Below, piece by piece: positions 34,968-48,434 of a stretch of 64,000 bases of DNA (within the stretch, counting starts at the first letter, position 1; each line of letters starts with the position of its first letter). A program made the translations under genes and the position numbers. The notes beneath the pieces are model-generated. The model saw only the letters and a program-made list of their open reading frames with translations, did no database searches and was not told the origin of the DNA. The DNA is from an uncultured Gemmatimonadales bacterium (GTDB taxonomy: Bacteria > Gemmatimonadota > Gemmatimonadetes > Gemmatimonadales > Gemmatimonadaceae). The stretch is from the NCBI GenBank assembly GCA_963851265.1, contig CAWKNZ010000005.1, forward strand, positions 224,001 to 288,000. The letters run 5' to 3'.

Positions 34968-36884
34968 TCAGTCCGCGCCGGCAGTCAGGTTCGGGTTGTC
35001 GGCGTACGCGGCCTCGATCACGTCCGTGTAGGCGCGGTCGATCACGCGGCGCTTGACCTTCAAGGTCGGCGTCAGCTCGCCGCGCTCGATCGAGAACTCC
35101 TGTTCCAGCAGCACGATCTTCTTCGGCGTCTCGAAGCGCGCGAGCCCGGCGAACTTGCCCTGCACCTCGGCCTCCATCTTCTGCCGCGCGTCCGGGTGCG
35201 CGAGCAGGTCGGCCCGGGTCTTCCACGTGACCCCGTGCGTGCCCGCCCACGGCTCGAGCGTCTCCCAGTTGGGCACGACGAGGATGAGCGGGAACTTGCG
35301 GCGGTCGCCGATCACGACGGCCTGCGACACGAACGGTGACGACTTCACCGCGTTCTCGATCGGCTGCGGCGCGATGTTCTTGCCCCCGGCCGTGACGATG
35401 ATGTCCTTCGCGCGGTCGGTGATGCGGAGGAACCCGTCCTCGAGCCGGCCGATGTCGCCGGTGTTGAACCAGCCCTCCGCGTCGATCGCCTCGCGCGTCG
35501 CCTCGGGGTTGTTGTAGTAGCCCCGCATGACGCTCGGGCCGCGCGTGAGGATCAGCCCGTCCCCCGCCTGCGCCTCGGCATAGGGCGCGATTCGTACCTC
35601 CACGCCGTCGATCACGCGCCCCACGGTACCGATGCGGAACGCGGCGGGCGCGTTCACGGCGATCACCGGCGACGTCTCGGTGAGGCCGTAGCCCTCCAGG
35701 ATCGTCAGGCCGGCGGCGTAGAAGAACTTGTTGATCTCGGGCGAGAGAGGCCCGCCGCCCGAGACGAAGTAGCGCATGCGACCGCCCGTGCGCTCCTGCA
35801 GCTTGGAGAACACCAGCTTCTGCGCGAGCGCGTACTGCCACCCGAGCGGGCCCGCCGGCGTGCGGCCCGCGAGCTTCTCGTCCGCCCACCGGTCTGCGAC
35901 CCGCGTCGCCCACTGGAAGATGCGCCACTTCATCGCGCCGCCCGCCCTGGCGTTCTCGAGTACGCGCGCGTGCATCTTCTCGTACAGGCGGGGCACCGAC
36001 ATCGCCATCGTCGGCCTGACCTCCTGCAGCGCGACCGGCACGTCATCGATCGACGGCACGTAGGCGATGGCCGTGCCCGTCGACCAATACATGTAGTCGC
36101 CCATCCGCTCGAAGATGTGCGAGAGCGGCAGGAAGCTGAGCGCCACGTCGTCACCGCCGAACGGCACCGAGCGGCGGCTCGCCATCACGTTCGCGTGGAA
36201 GTTGTCGTGCGTGAGCATCACGCCCTTGGGCGCGCCCGTCGTACCCGACGTGTAGATCAGCGTCGCGAGGTCGTCGGGGCGCACGGCGAGCGCGTCGCGC
36301 TCCCACTCCGCCCCGCGCGCCGCTTCGAGCGCCGCGCCGCGCGCTTCGAGCTGCGCGAGCGTCAGGTCGCAGCCGTCCGCCGCTGTGGCGTCGATCCCGA
36401 TCACGATGCGGAGCGCCGGGCACCGGTCGCGGACCGCGGCCACCTTGGCGGCCTGCGCGGTCGTCGAGACGAACACCGCCACCGCGCCCGAGTCGTTGAG
36501 GATGTGCGGCAGCTGCTCGGCGGGCAGCGTCGGGTAGATCGGCACGTCGGCGAGGCGGCCGGCGAGGCAGCCGTAATCGACGATCGCCCACTCCGGGCGG
36601 TTCTCGCACAGCAGCGCGACGCGTTCGCCGGGCGCGAGCCCGAGCTCGCGCAGGCCTAACGAGACGCGGCGCACGCGCTCCAGCACGGTGCGGTGCGCGA
36701 TCGGCGTCCAGCGGCCGTTCTGCTTGTGCAGCATCGCGTCGGCGCGGTCGTAGCGCCGCACCGCGTCGAAGAACAGCTGCGTGACCGTCCCGGGCGCAGG
36801 GCGGTCGCCACCGCGCGCGGTCTGGCCCGCTGCGGCCGCCGAAGCGGAAGACGCGGATCCCGTCCGCGGGTCCTGTACGAGCAT
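34968..36884 (-). CDS. Long-chain fatty acid-CoA ligase (FadD15/AMP-binding)
   Basis: IYTSGTTGAPKG, LPLSHIFER, EGYGLTETSP, TGDIG, ITDRAKDII, TPTLKVKR. Confidence 0.93.
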   Translation of the reverse strand: MLVQDPRTGSASSASAAAAGQTARGGDRPAPGTVTQLFFDAVRRYDRADAMLHKQNGRWTPIAHRTVLERVRRVSLGLRELGLAPGERVALLCENRPEWAIVDYGCLAGRLADVPIYPTLPAEQLPHILNDSGAVAVFVSTTAQAAKVAAVRDRCPALRIVIGIDATAADGCDLTLAQLEARGAALEAARGAEWERDALAVRPDDLATLIYTSGTTGAPKGVMLTHDNFHANVMASRRSVPFGGDDVALSFLPLSHIFERMGDYMYWSTGTAIAYVPSIDDVPVALQEVRPTMAMSVPRLYEKMHARVLENARAGGAMKWRIFQWATRVADRWADEKLAGRTPAGPLGWQYALAQKLVFSKLQERTGGRMRYFVSGGGPLSPEINKFFYAAGLTILEGYGLTETSPVIAVNAPAAFRIGTVGRVIDGVEVRIAPYAEAQAGDGLILTRGPSVMRGYYNNPEATREAIDAEGWFNTGDIGRLEDGFLRITDRAKDIIVTAGGKNIAPQPIENAVKSSPFVSQAVVIGDRRKFPLILVVPNWETLEPWAGTHGVTWKTRADLLAHPDARQKMEAEVQGKFAGLARFETPKKIVLLEQEFSIERGELTPTLKVKRRVIDRAYTDVIEAAYADNPNLTAGAD

Positions 36885-36997
36885 GGACGCCTTGTGTGAC
36901 GTGGGTACGGCGAGAAGCTACGAGGCGAACCGTCGCTGGGGCAGACGGACCCGCCGGCCGCCGAGCGGCGCGGGGGACCGAATCGCCCCGCCCGCGG

Positions 36998-37975
36998 TCA
37001 CTTCGCGCAAGCTGTGGTCGTATCGCGGTTGAGGCGGATCGCGAACACGCCGCGGATCGGGCTTCCGCGAACGGGCACCCCGGCCCCGGCAATCACGTCG
37101 GCCCGCAACGCCACGCGGAACGTGGTACCGGCGAAGTAACTCGGGCCGAGGGCTGGAGGACGGATGCGCAGCCGAACGCTCGACGCACCGGTCGACGACG
37201 CGGTGGTGTCGTAGCCGATCACCTGGTCGGCGGCGCCCGAGATCACGGCGATCGCCGGCACGCTGACGCTCGGCGTGAGAGGCACCGTGGGGATCGCGGC
37301 CGGCACGCTGTCGACCGACCACCGGACGTACCACCGCCGCACGGGTACGCGGGTCCCCGCGGAATCGCCGGTCACCAGCACCGTGAACGGCCCCGCCGTG
37401 TTGCGGAATCCGCCGATTATGGTATCGATCGTCTGTACCGACCCGGTCCGCGAATCGGCGCAACTGTAACGCAGCACGGTGTCGGTCGGCGCCGTCGCAC
37501 TCACGGAGTCGGCGCGCGGCACGATCTGGATCGTGTCGGCGATCGCGATCGTGCCGAGACGCGCGTACACACGGCCGCTGGACGCGACCCACCGCTTCGT
37601 CGCCCGGACCGCTCCGGTCGCCGTGTCCACGACGAGCGCCGTGTCGGCCACCGCGCCCGCGGTCGTGTCGGGCACCGTGGGCACGTACGAGAACCGGAAG
37701 CTGGCCGTCGGGATCGCGTTGCCCGTCGGGTCGTAGGCGTAGCCGTGCACGCGCACTGGGACCCCGAGCGTGTCGCGCAGCGTGTCCCCGAGCGCCACCG
37801 ACGGGGGGGGCGCATCGAGTCGCACGGACGCGATGCCGCCGGGCGCGGCGTCGACCTTCACGCACGCGGTGGCGCCCGCCGCGACGCCGACGGCCGCGGC
37901 GATCCCGAGGACGGCCAGGGCGCGGCCGCGCCGGCGCGCGGCCGGCGGCGCGGCCGGCCGTGCGCGCCGCGTCAC
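36998..37975 (-). CDS. Hypothetical lipoprotein, Thr/Val-rich and probably Ig-like
   Basis: Signal ending AGATAC; GTGA overlap with the ParA gene. Confidence 0.65.
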   Translation of the reverse strand: MTRRARPAAPPAARRRGRALAVLGIAAAVGVAAGATACVKVDAAPGGIASVRLDAPPPSVALGDTLRDTLGVPVRVHGYAYDPTGNAIPTASFRFSYVPTVPDTTAGAVADTALVVDTATGAVRATKRWVASSGRVYARLGTIAIADTIQIVPRADSVSATAPTDTVLRYSCADSRTGSVQTIDTIIGGFRNTAGPFTVLVTGDSAGTRVPVRRWYVRWSVDSVPAAIPTVPLTPSVSVPAIAVISGAADQVIGYDTTASSTGASSVRLRIRPPALGPSYFAGTTFRVALRADVIAGAGVPVRGSPIRGVFAIRLNRDTTTACAK

Positions 37976-38772
37976 CCGAAGCGCTCCGCGAGCAGCGTCG
38001 CGAGGTTCACGTACGCCTGGCTCGCCGCGTCGGCCGGGTCGCGCAGCACCACGGGCTGCCCCACGGCGAACGCGTCCGCGGCGGCCGGCGACCGCGGAAT
38101 GACGAGGTCGAACACGAGGTGCTGCGGCAGATGGCGCCGCACGTACTGCGCGGTGCGCTCCGCGGCCGGGTTCCCGGCCTCGTACATCGTGAGCAGGATG
38201 CCGTCGAGGGTGAGTTCCTCGTTCACGCGGACGACGTCCTGGATGCCGCGCAGGATCTGCGGCGTCGTCTGCAACGCCAGCGGCTCGGCCTGCAGCGGCA
38301 CCACCACGTGCTGGCTCGATTCGAGGACGCGTCGCGTGACGGGGCCGAGCCCCGGCGGCGTGTCGACGATCACGACGTGGCAGCGCTCGCGGGCCTGGGT
38401 GAGCAGGTCGCGCACGACCGTCGTTTCGGCGACGAGTTGCTGGTAGAACGCGTGCTCCGCCTCGTCACTCACGGTGCCGGCGAGCACCACGCGCAGCCAC
38501 GGGAGTGCGGTGGGGAGGATGATCTCGCGCAGCGTGCGCTGGCCGGTCAGGTAGTCGGCGAATCCCCACGGGTCGTGTCCGCGCCGCAGGCCCACGCCGT
38601 AGCGCACGGAGCCCTGCGGGTCGGTGTCGACGAGCAGCGTCTTGAGCCCGCGGCGCGCGAATGCGGCCGCGAGATTGACTGCGGTGGTGGTCTTGCCGAC
38701 GCCTCCCTTCTGGCTGACCACCGCGAGCACGGTGCCGATGCGGCCCGCCCCGCGGTTCGAAGCAGTGCTCAC
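37972..38772 (-). CDS. ParA/Soj-family ATPase (no adjacent parB)
   Basis: Deviant Walker A SQKGGVGKTT, LLVDTDPQG, IVDTPPGLG, VPLQAE, GILLTMY, IPRS. Confidence 0.92.
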   Translation of the reverse strand: MSTASNRGAGRIGTVLAVVSQKGGVGKTTTAVNLAAAFARRGLKTLLVDTDPQGSVRYGVGLRRGHDPWGFADYLTGQRTLREIILPTALPWLRVVLAGTVSDEAEHAFYQQLVAETTVVRDLLTQARERCHVVIVDTPPGLGPVTRRVLESSQHVVVPLQAEPLALQTTPQILRGIQDVVRVNEELTLDGILLTMYEAGNPAAERTAQYVRRHLPQHLVFDLVIPRSPAAADAFAVGQPVVLRDPADAASQAYVNLATLLAERFG

Positions 38773-39206
38773 CCGTCGCCGGCCCCGCCCCGCAGTTCGG
38801 CCAGCGTCTCGCGCGCGTGTCGCACCCAGCGCTCGCTCTCGGGGTCGGACTTGGTGCGCGCCAGAAACGCTTCGAGGTGCTCGGCCGCCGCCTCGTCCTC
38901 GCCGCGCTTGAGCAGCAGGAACGCGAGGCCGTAGTGCGCGCCGCCGAGGGCGGGGTCGAGTTCCAACGCGCGGCGGTAGCAGCGAATCGCCTCGTCCTGC
39001 TGCCCGGTGCGACTGAACGCGATGGCCATGTTCTGCAGCACGCGCTGGTCGTTCGGCCGGTCGCGCAGGGCCAGTCGGTACGACGTGAGCGCGGCGTCGT
39101 AGTCTCCCTGCTTCTCGAGCAGGAGCGCCTCGGTCAGGTAGTCGACACGCCCGGTGCGGGCGTCAGCGTCAGACTTGCCACCTGTAAGGCGGCTCCACCA
39201 GGACAT
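38769..39206 (-). CDS. Tetratricopeptide-repeat protein
   Basis: TPR helices (GDYDAALTSYRLAL, GQQDEAIRCYRRALELDP..GAHYGLA); GTGA overlap with parA. Confidence 0.85.
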   Translation of the reverse strand: MSWWSRLTGGKSDADARTGRVDYLTEALLLEKQGDYDAALTSYRLALRDRPNDQRVLQNMAIAFSRTGQQDEAIRCYRRALELDPALGGAHYGLAFLLLKRGEDEAAAEHLEAFLARTKSDPESERWVRHARETLAELRGGAGDG

Positions 39207-39426
39207 GCGATCGAGTGAGCGGGCAGGGGGCGGTCGCGGGGGCGCGGGCCGCCGCCAGCGGAGCGCGGAAGGTAGTCCGGCGTTCGGACCGCTACAACCG
39301 GCTGACCCGAACCCGCCCGTCTCCGGCCCGCTGTCGACCGCCGGCCGCCAACCTCCCGACGCCAACCGATCGGACCCGACGCGCGCGGGGCGGCGCGGAC
39401 GCGTCGCGACGCGCTATCTTCGCCGC

Positions 39427-39945
39427 ATGCCGCGACCCGACCGGATCGACCCCGCCAAGGGCCTGCTCGTCGTCGAGTGGCCGCTGTTCGGCGAGCTGTC
39501 GCGCGCGCTCGCGCTCAAGGTGGCGCGCGAGTTCGACCCGGAACTCGTCGTCGGGGTGGCGACCGCGGGCGTCGTGCCCGCGGCGACGGTGGCGGCGATC
39601 CTCGACCGCCCGTTCGCGAGCATCACGGTCAGCCGACGCTTCCGGGCCGAACGCGTACGCGACACGCCCGCCGTGATCGGCGCCGCTCCGGCCGACGTGC
39701 GCGGCGCCCGCGTCCTCATCGTCGACGAGACGTGCGATTCGGGCGCGACGCTCCGCCTCGCGGTGAGCGCCGTGGTGAACGCCGGCGCCACCACGGTGCG
39801 CACGGCGGTCGCCTTCAAGACGGGGCCCTACATGCCCGACTTCCACGCGCTCGCCACCCAGGCGACGATCGCGCTGCCGTGGGACGTCGAGGTCCTGGTC
39901 GACGGCGAGATGACGCCCAACCCGGCGTACGAGGGGATGCTCTAG
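39427..39945 (+). CDS. Type I phosphoribosyltransferase (Gpt/Hpt-like)
   Basis: VVGVATAGVVPA, PRPP motif VLIVDETCDSGAT, LPW. Confidence 0.88.
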   Translation: MPRPDRIDPAKGLLVVEWPLFGELSRALALKVAREFDPELVVGVATAGVVPAATVAAILDRPFASITVSRRFRAERVRDTPAVIGAAPADVRGARVLIVDETCDSGATLRLAVSAVVNAGATTVRTAVAFKTGPYMPDFHALATQATIALPWDVEVLVDGEMTPNPAYEGML

Positions 39946-40211
39946 ACGCGCCGTCGAAGCCGTAAATGGCTGCGGTGGTGTGCGTGACGCAGGCGTGCGC
40001 GGACGTCCGCGGCAGCCGACACGGTTATGCGGACACGCGCGCACAGACGGTCACGCGCCGTTTGCGCGATCTCGTGCGGGGCGGTATGCTGGCGCGCCCC
40101 GCATCCGTGCGGCTTCGGATGGGCTGCGACTGCCTCGGCGCTCTGCTGTCGCCAGGGCGTCGCGGCGTTACCTCCCGCGTCGTCCGCCCGCGACGATTTC
40201 CCACGCGGTCC

Positions 40212-40874
40212 ATGGTTCGCCTCGTATCGCTCACCCCCGACGTCGTCGAAGCGCTCGCCGACCCGGCTTCGTTCGAGCGGCTGACCGGCGCGTCGCTCGG
40301 CAACGTCGCCCGCCAGGCGCGGGATGCCGCGGCGCAGGACGCGGCGCACCGCGCGCGCACCGGCTGCGCGCCCGAGTGGGGTGGGTTCCTCGCCGTCTCC
40401 GAGCCGGGTGGGCAGGTGGTGGGCATCGGCGGCTACGTGGCCGCACCCGACGCGGCTGCCGCCGTCGAGATCGCGTACGGCACCTTCGCATCGTACGAGG
40501 GGCGGGGATACGCGACCGCAACGGCCGGTGCTCTCCTCGCGCGCGCGGCCGCCTCCGGGCGGGTGCGGTCAGCGTACGCGCACACGCTGCCCGAGGAGAA
40601 CGCGTCGACACACATCCTGACGCGGCACGGGTTCGCGCGCGTCGGCATCGCGCACGACGCGGACGCGGGGCTCGTGTGGCGGTGGGAGCGGCGGTCGCGC
40701 GAGAGCTTGAGCAGAGCCGCGACGCAGTCGTCGCGCGTTTCCGGGCTGCCCTGGGAGGGTGGCACGCTTAGCGGACGAAGCGCTCGTTGCGCGGCATGGC
40801 GACCCGCGGACGCGGGTAGAACAGCGCGTCATGCTCGGCGCGACGCGGTGTGGCGGCGTATGCTTTCGGCGTGA
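40212..40874 (+). CDS. GNAT (RimJ/RimL-like) acetyltransferase
   Basis: VEIAYGTF..YEGRGYAT, AHTLPEENAS..IL.RHGF, VWRW; the C-terminal ~60 aa look non-conserved. Confidence 0.8.
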   Translation: MVRLVSLTPDVVEALADPASFERLTGASLGNVARQARDAAAQDAAHRARTGCAPEWGGFLAVSEPGGQVVGIGGYVAAPDAAAAVEIAYGTFASYEGRGYATATAGALLARAAASGRVRSAYAHTLPEENASTHILTRHGFARVGIAHDADAGLVWRWERRSRESLSRAATQSSRVSGLPWEGGTLSGRSARCAAWRPADAGRTARHARRDAVWRRMLSA

Positions 40875-41172
40875 CTCCCTAGTTCCTGCAAGAGGACGGG
40901 CGGTGCCGGGCGCGGGATGGCGGGGTGGCGCACCGCGATCTAACATCGCGGCGCTCGGATGGACCCGGCCGGGAGCCCCGGCCGGTTCGCCTCGCGCACA
41001 CGCCGCCATGCCCCCGGCTTCCGATTCGCCTCTGGATCCCCGCCCGATGCACCGCCGAGGCCCCGCAGCGGCTCGTGCTACGCCGCCCCGCTCAGCGCGA
41101 GCCAACGTGGACGGCTCCGATCAGCCCCCCGCCGGTGCACGCCGCCCGGAGTGCTACACCTCGCCGGCCCGT

Positions 41173-42918
41173 GTGGGCGCGCCAACCGTTCGCCGCACAC
41201 TGCGCCTCGTCGTCGCGCTCACCGCGGCCTGCGCTGGTGGCGCGCGTGGCCCGGCAGTCCCGGGGACGGTGCCGAAGCCCCCGGCGGCCGATGTCGTGAT
41301 CCGCGGGGGCACCATCTACGACGGCTCGGGCGGCGCACCATTCCTCGGCGACGTCGTGATTCGCGGTGACCGCGTGATCGCGGTCGACACCGGCGGCCGC
41401 GCGCACCGCCGCGGCGCGCGCGAGGTCGACGCCCGCGGGCTGGCCGTCGCGCCCGGCTTCGTCAACATGATGAGCGGGCACGAGCCGCTGTTCGTCGACG
41501 GCCGCGCGCAGAGCGACGTGCGGCAGGGCGTCACGCTCGAGGTGATGGGCGAGGGGGAGTCGATCGGGCCACTCACCGACAGCATGAAGGTGCTCGCGCG
41601 CGCGCAGCAGGGCGACCTGACGTTCCCCGTCACCTGGACCACGCTCGGCGAGGGGCTCGACGCGCTCGTCGCGCACGGCGTCGCGCCCAACGTCGCCTCC
41701 TTCGTCGGCGCGGCCACCGTGCGCGAACACGAGGTGGGCTGGGACGACCGCGCGCCCAGCGCCGCCGAGCTGGCGCGCATGCAGGCGGTCGTGCGGCGGG
41801 CGATGGACGAGGGCGCGCTCGGGGTCGCGAGCGCCCTGATCTACGCGCCCGGGGTCTACGCGAAGACGCCCGAACTCGTCGCGCTCGCGCGGGCCGCGGC
41901 GCCGTCCGGTGGGATGTACATCTCGCATATGCGGAGCGAGGGCGCGCGGCTCCTGGAGGCCACGGACGAACTGCTCACCATAGCGCGCGAGGCCGGGACG
42001 CGGGCCGAGATCTACCACCTCAAGGCCGCGGGGCAGGCGAACTGGGGGAAGCTCGACGCCGTGGTCGCCAAGGTCGATTCGGCGCGGCGCGCCGGCGCCC
42101 ACGTCACGGCGGACATGTACACGTACACCGCCGGCGCGACGGGGCTCGACGCCGCGATGCCGCCGTGGGTGCAAGAGGGCGGGTACGCCGCGTGGGCGCA
42201 GCGCCTGCGGGACCCGGCGATCCGCGCCCGCGTGAAGCGCGAGATGGACACCCCGACCGCCGAGTGGGAGAATCTCTATCTCGGGGCGGGCTCGCCCGAG
42301 CGCGTCCTGCTCGTCGGATTCAAGGCCGACTCGCTCAAGCAGTACACGGGGAAGACGCTGGCCGAGGTGGCGCGGCTCCGCGGGACGTCGCCGGAGGAGG
42401 CCGCGATGGACCTCGTCGCGAAGGACGGGAGCCGCGTCGGCACGGTGTACTTCCTCATGAAGGAGGAGAACGTTCGGCAGGAGGTCGCGCTGCCCTGGGT
42501 GAGCTTCGGCTCCGACGAGGGCGCGTATACGGCCGCGGGCGTGTTCCTGAAGTCGAACGCGCACCCGCGGGCGTACGGCAACGTCGCCAGGCTGTTAGGC
42601 CGGTACGTGCGCGACGAGCGCCTCGTCCCGCTCGCCGAGGCCGTGCGGCGGCTGAGCGCGCTGCCGGCGGAGAACCTGCGGCTGCGCGACCGCGGCCGGC
42701 TCGCGCCCGGGTACTTCGCCGACGTGGTGGTGTTCGACCCGGCGACGGTCCGCGACCACGCGACCTTCGAGCACCCGCACCAGTACGCGACCGGCGTGCG
42801 CGACGTGTTCGTGAACGGCACGGCCGTGCTCGCGGGGGGCGAGCCGACCGGGGCCCTGCCGGGCCGTGTCGTGCGCGGGCCGGGGTGGACGGGCTGGCGC
42901 CGCGACGCAGGCCCCTGA
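41173..42918 (+). CDS. N-acyl-D-amino-acid deacylase (amidohydrolase), probable lipoprotein
   Basis: VIRGGTIYDGSG, VAPGFVNM, YISHMRSEG, HLKAAG, FGSD, HPRAYG, GYFADVVVFDP; signal ending LTAAC; start uncertain. Confidence 0.88.
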   Translation: MGAPTVRRTLRLVVALTAACAGGARGPAVPGTVPKPPAADVVIRGGTIYDGSGGAPFLGDVVIRGDRVIAVDTGGRAHRRGAREVDARGLAVAPGFVNMMSGHEPLFVDGRAQSDVRQGVTLEVMGEGESIGPLTDSMKVLARAQQGDLTFPVTWTTLGEGLDALVAHGVAPNVASFVGAATVREHEVGWDDRAPSAAELARMQAVVRRAMDEGALGVASALIYAPGVYAKTPELVALARAAAPSGGMYISHMRSEGARLLEATDELLTIAREAGTRAEIYHLKAAGQANWGKLDAVVAKVDSARRAGAHVTADMYTYTAGATGLDAAMPPWVQEGGYAAWAQRLRDPAIRARVKREMDTPTAEWENLYLGAGSPERVLLVGFKADSLKQYTGKTLAEVARLRGTSPEEAAMDLVAKDGSRVGTVYFLMKEENVRQEVALPWVSFGSDEGAYTAAGVFLKSNAHPRAYGNVARLLGRYVRDERLVPLAEAVRRLSALPAENLRLRDRGRLAPGYFADVVVFDPATVRDHATFEHPHQYATGVRDVFVNGTAVLAGGEPTGALPGRVVRGPGWTGWRRDAGP

Positions 42919-43072
42919 GTGCGGCGGGGTGGCGGTGCGGTCCGCCGACCCCGCCGGTGGGGCCGTCCAGCCAACACCGGGTGCGCGCGATCCGTGTTCC
43001 GGACCCGTCGCCCTAGCGACCAACGGCCGGCTGACCGGCGCCGCCGTCGTTCGATCATGCCGCGTAACCGCG

Positions 43073-46655
<3,583 letters not shown>

Positions 46656-46960
46656 CGCGGACCTCAGCGGCGGGCGGGACGCTGCAAGGGGGAGTGACAC
46701 TGCGGCGCGCGAAGCACCGCGGCGGAGGAGATACGGCGGACGCCGGTCGCACCCTGCCGCACCCGCGGCGCGATCCTCCGCCAGCACCGCGCGGGCGTTC
46801 GGGCCGAACCGGGTACGTGCAAGACGACGTTCACGACGACGCTCCGGCTACCGCGCGCAGGCCATCGGCGGCCCACGCCAGGCCGGAACGTGGCGCGGCA
46901 GGTCAGCAAGTTCCTTACCACATACCGGGGTACGTCCCCGCGAACGAGGTCGCTCAGGGA

Positions 46961-47563
46961 ATGGCACAGACGACGGGAAGCATGCACCACGCGAGTGCGC
47001 CACAGGCGGGCAGCAACGGGAAGACGACGCCGGGCGAGCCCGGAAACGAGACGAGCGCCGCCGAGCGCGCGACGAAGGCCACCGCGACCAACGATCCCAC
47101 GTCGACGGCCGAGAACGCGCGGCCGGTTGCCCGCGCGCGGCAGCTCGTGGGGCAGCTCGCGGCGCTGCCGAAGCTGGCCCGCGCCGCGGAGGCCCGCACC
47201 GAATCGGTCGCCGAGCGCATCGCGCACCGACGCCGGATCGCGCGGGCGACGCTCGACGAGGAATCGAGCGCGGCCGAGACCGACTGGGCGCGGGTCGGCG
47301 TCTTCGGCGCCGGGATCGCGATCGGGGCGCTCATCGGCGCCGGCGCGGCGCTGCTGCTCGCCCCGGCGACGGGGTTCGAGACGCGCACCCGGCTCGCGCA
47401 CCGCGCGCGCGACGTGAAGGACCGGGCGGCCGACCGGTGGGACGACGCGAGCGACGACCTGCGCCACCGCGCCCGCCACGAGGCGCGGCGCGTCAAGCGC
47501 GCCGCGATCAACTCGCGCTGGGCCGCCGAAGACGCCTGGGAGCAGCGTCGCCGACGCGGCTGA
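46961..47563 (+). CDS. YtxH-domain membrane protein
   Basis: GIAIGALIGAGAALLLAP.TG.ETR..L motif typical of YtxH. Confidence 0.75.
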   Translation: MAQTTGSMHHASAPQAGSNGKTTPGEPGNETSAAERATKATATNDPTSTAENARPVARARQLVGQLAALPKLARAAEARTESVAERIAHRRRIARATLDEESSAAETDWARVGVFGAGIAIGALIGAGAALLLAPATGFETRTRLAHRARDVKDRAADRWDDASDDLRHRARHEARRVKRAAINSRWAAEDAWEQRRRRG

Positions 47564-47584
47564 GTGCCGCTCGCGGTCGCGCGC

Positions 47585-48370
47585 TCAGCTCGCGCGGCCG
47601 CGCAGCGCTTCGGCGTCGTGCTTGTACTTCGCGTCGTTGAGCTCGCGCGCGGGCGCGGCCGCGATCGCGTCGAGCTGCTCGCGCGCCTTCGCCTTGTCGC
47701 CGCGATCGAGGTACACCTGCGCGAGGTCGAGGCGGTGCGTGATGCGCTGCGGCTCGATCTGCACGGCCTGCTCGAGGTAGCGCTGCGCGTCGTTCCAGTT
47801 GGCCGACGAGAACACCTGCCCGCCCAGGAAGTTCTTCGCCATGAAGCGCGCGATGCCGCTCAGCCGCATCACCTCGGCGTTCCACATTCCCATGACGTGC
47901 AGCGCGCCGGCGTGGCGCGGATCGTACTTGAGCGCTTCGAGCGCCTGCGTCCGCACGTCCGCGGCGTAGCGGATACGGTCTCGCGCACCGAGCGTTTGCG
48001 CGGTGCGGCCGAGCGCGGTCGCGAGCACGAAGTGGCCCTCCGCCGCGTTCGGCCGCACCGCGACCGCGCGGCGCGCCAGGTCCTCCGCCTGCTTGTAATA
48101 GCCGCGCTGCCGATCCTTGTCCGGCGCAGCCTGGCCCACTTCGATGGTCGCGTATGACGCTTTCGTCAGCGCGTCGTAGTCAGCGGGATCGACCTTGAGC
48201 GCCGCCTGGTAGTGCGCCAGCGCGCCCGTCGGATTCATCTCGCGTTCGCGGTCGCCGATCGCCGTCTCTTCGGCCGCCGTCTGCGCCCGCGCGACCGTCG
48301 GCCGTAAGGCGGGCACGGCGACCGGCGCGACGGCGAGGGCCACGGCGAGCAGAACGGAGTGACGCGACAT
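47585..48370 (-). CDS. Exported TPR protein, RMDN1/RMD-like
   Basis: Signal peptide; TPR helices; ALKYDPRHAGALHVMGMW...ARFMAKNFLG pattern. Confidence 0.75.
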   Translation of the reverse strand: MSRHSVLLAVALAVAPVAVPALRPTVARAQTAAEETAIGDREREMNPTGALAHYQAALKVDPADYDALTKASYATIEVGQAAPDKDRQRGYYKQAEDLARRAVAVRPNAAEGHFVLATALGRTAQTLGARDRIRYAADVRTQALEALKYDPRHAGALHVMGMWNAEVMRLSGIARFMAKNFLGGQVFSSANWNDAQRYLEQAVQIEPQRITHRLDLAQVYLDRGDKAKAREQLDAIAAAPARELNDAKYKHDAEALRGRAS

Positions 48371-48434
48371 CAGTAGTACGGGTGCGGGTGCATATGTTGG
48401 GCGGGCAGTGTAGAGCTACCCCACATCCCACGCA

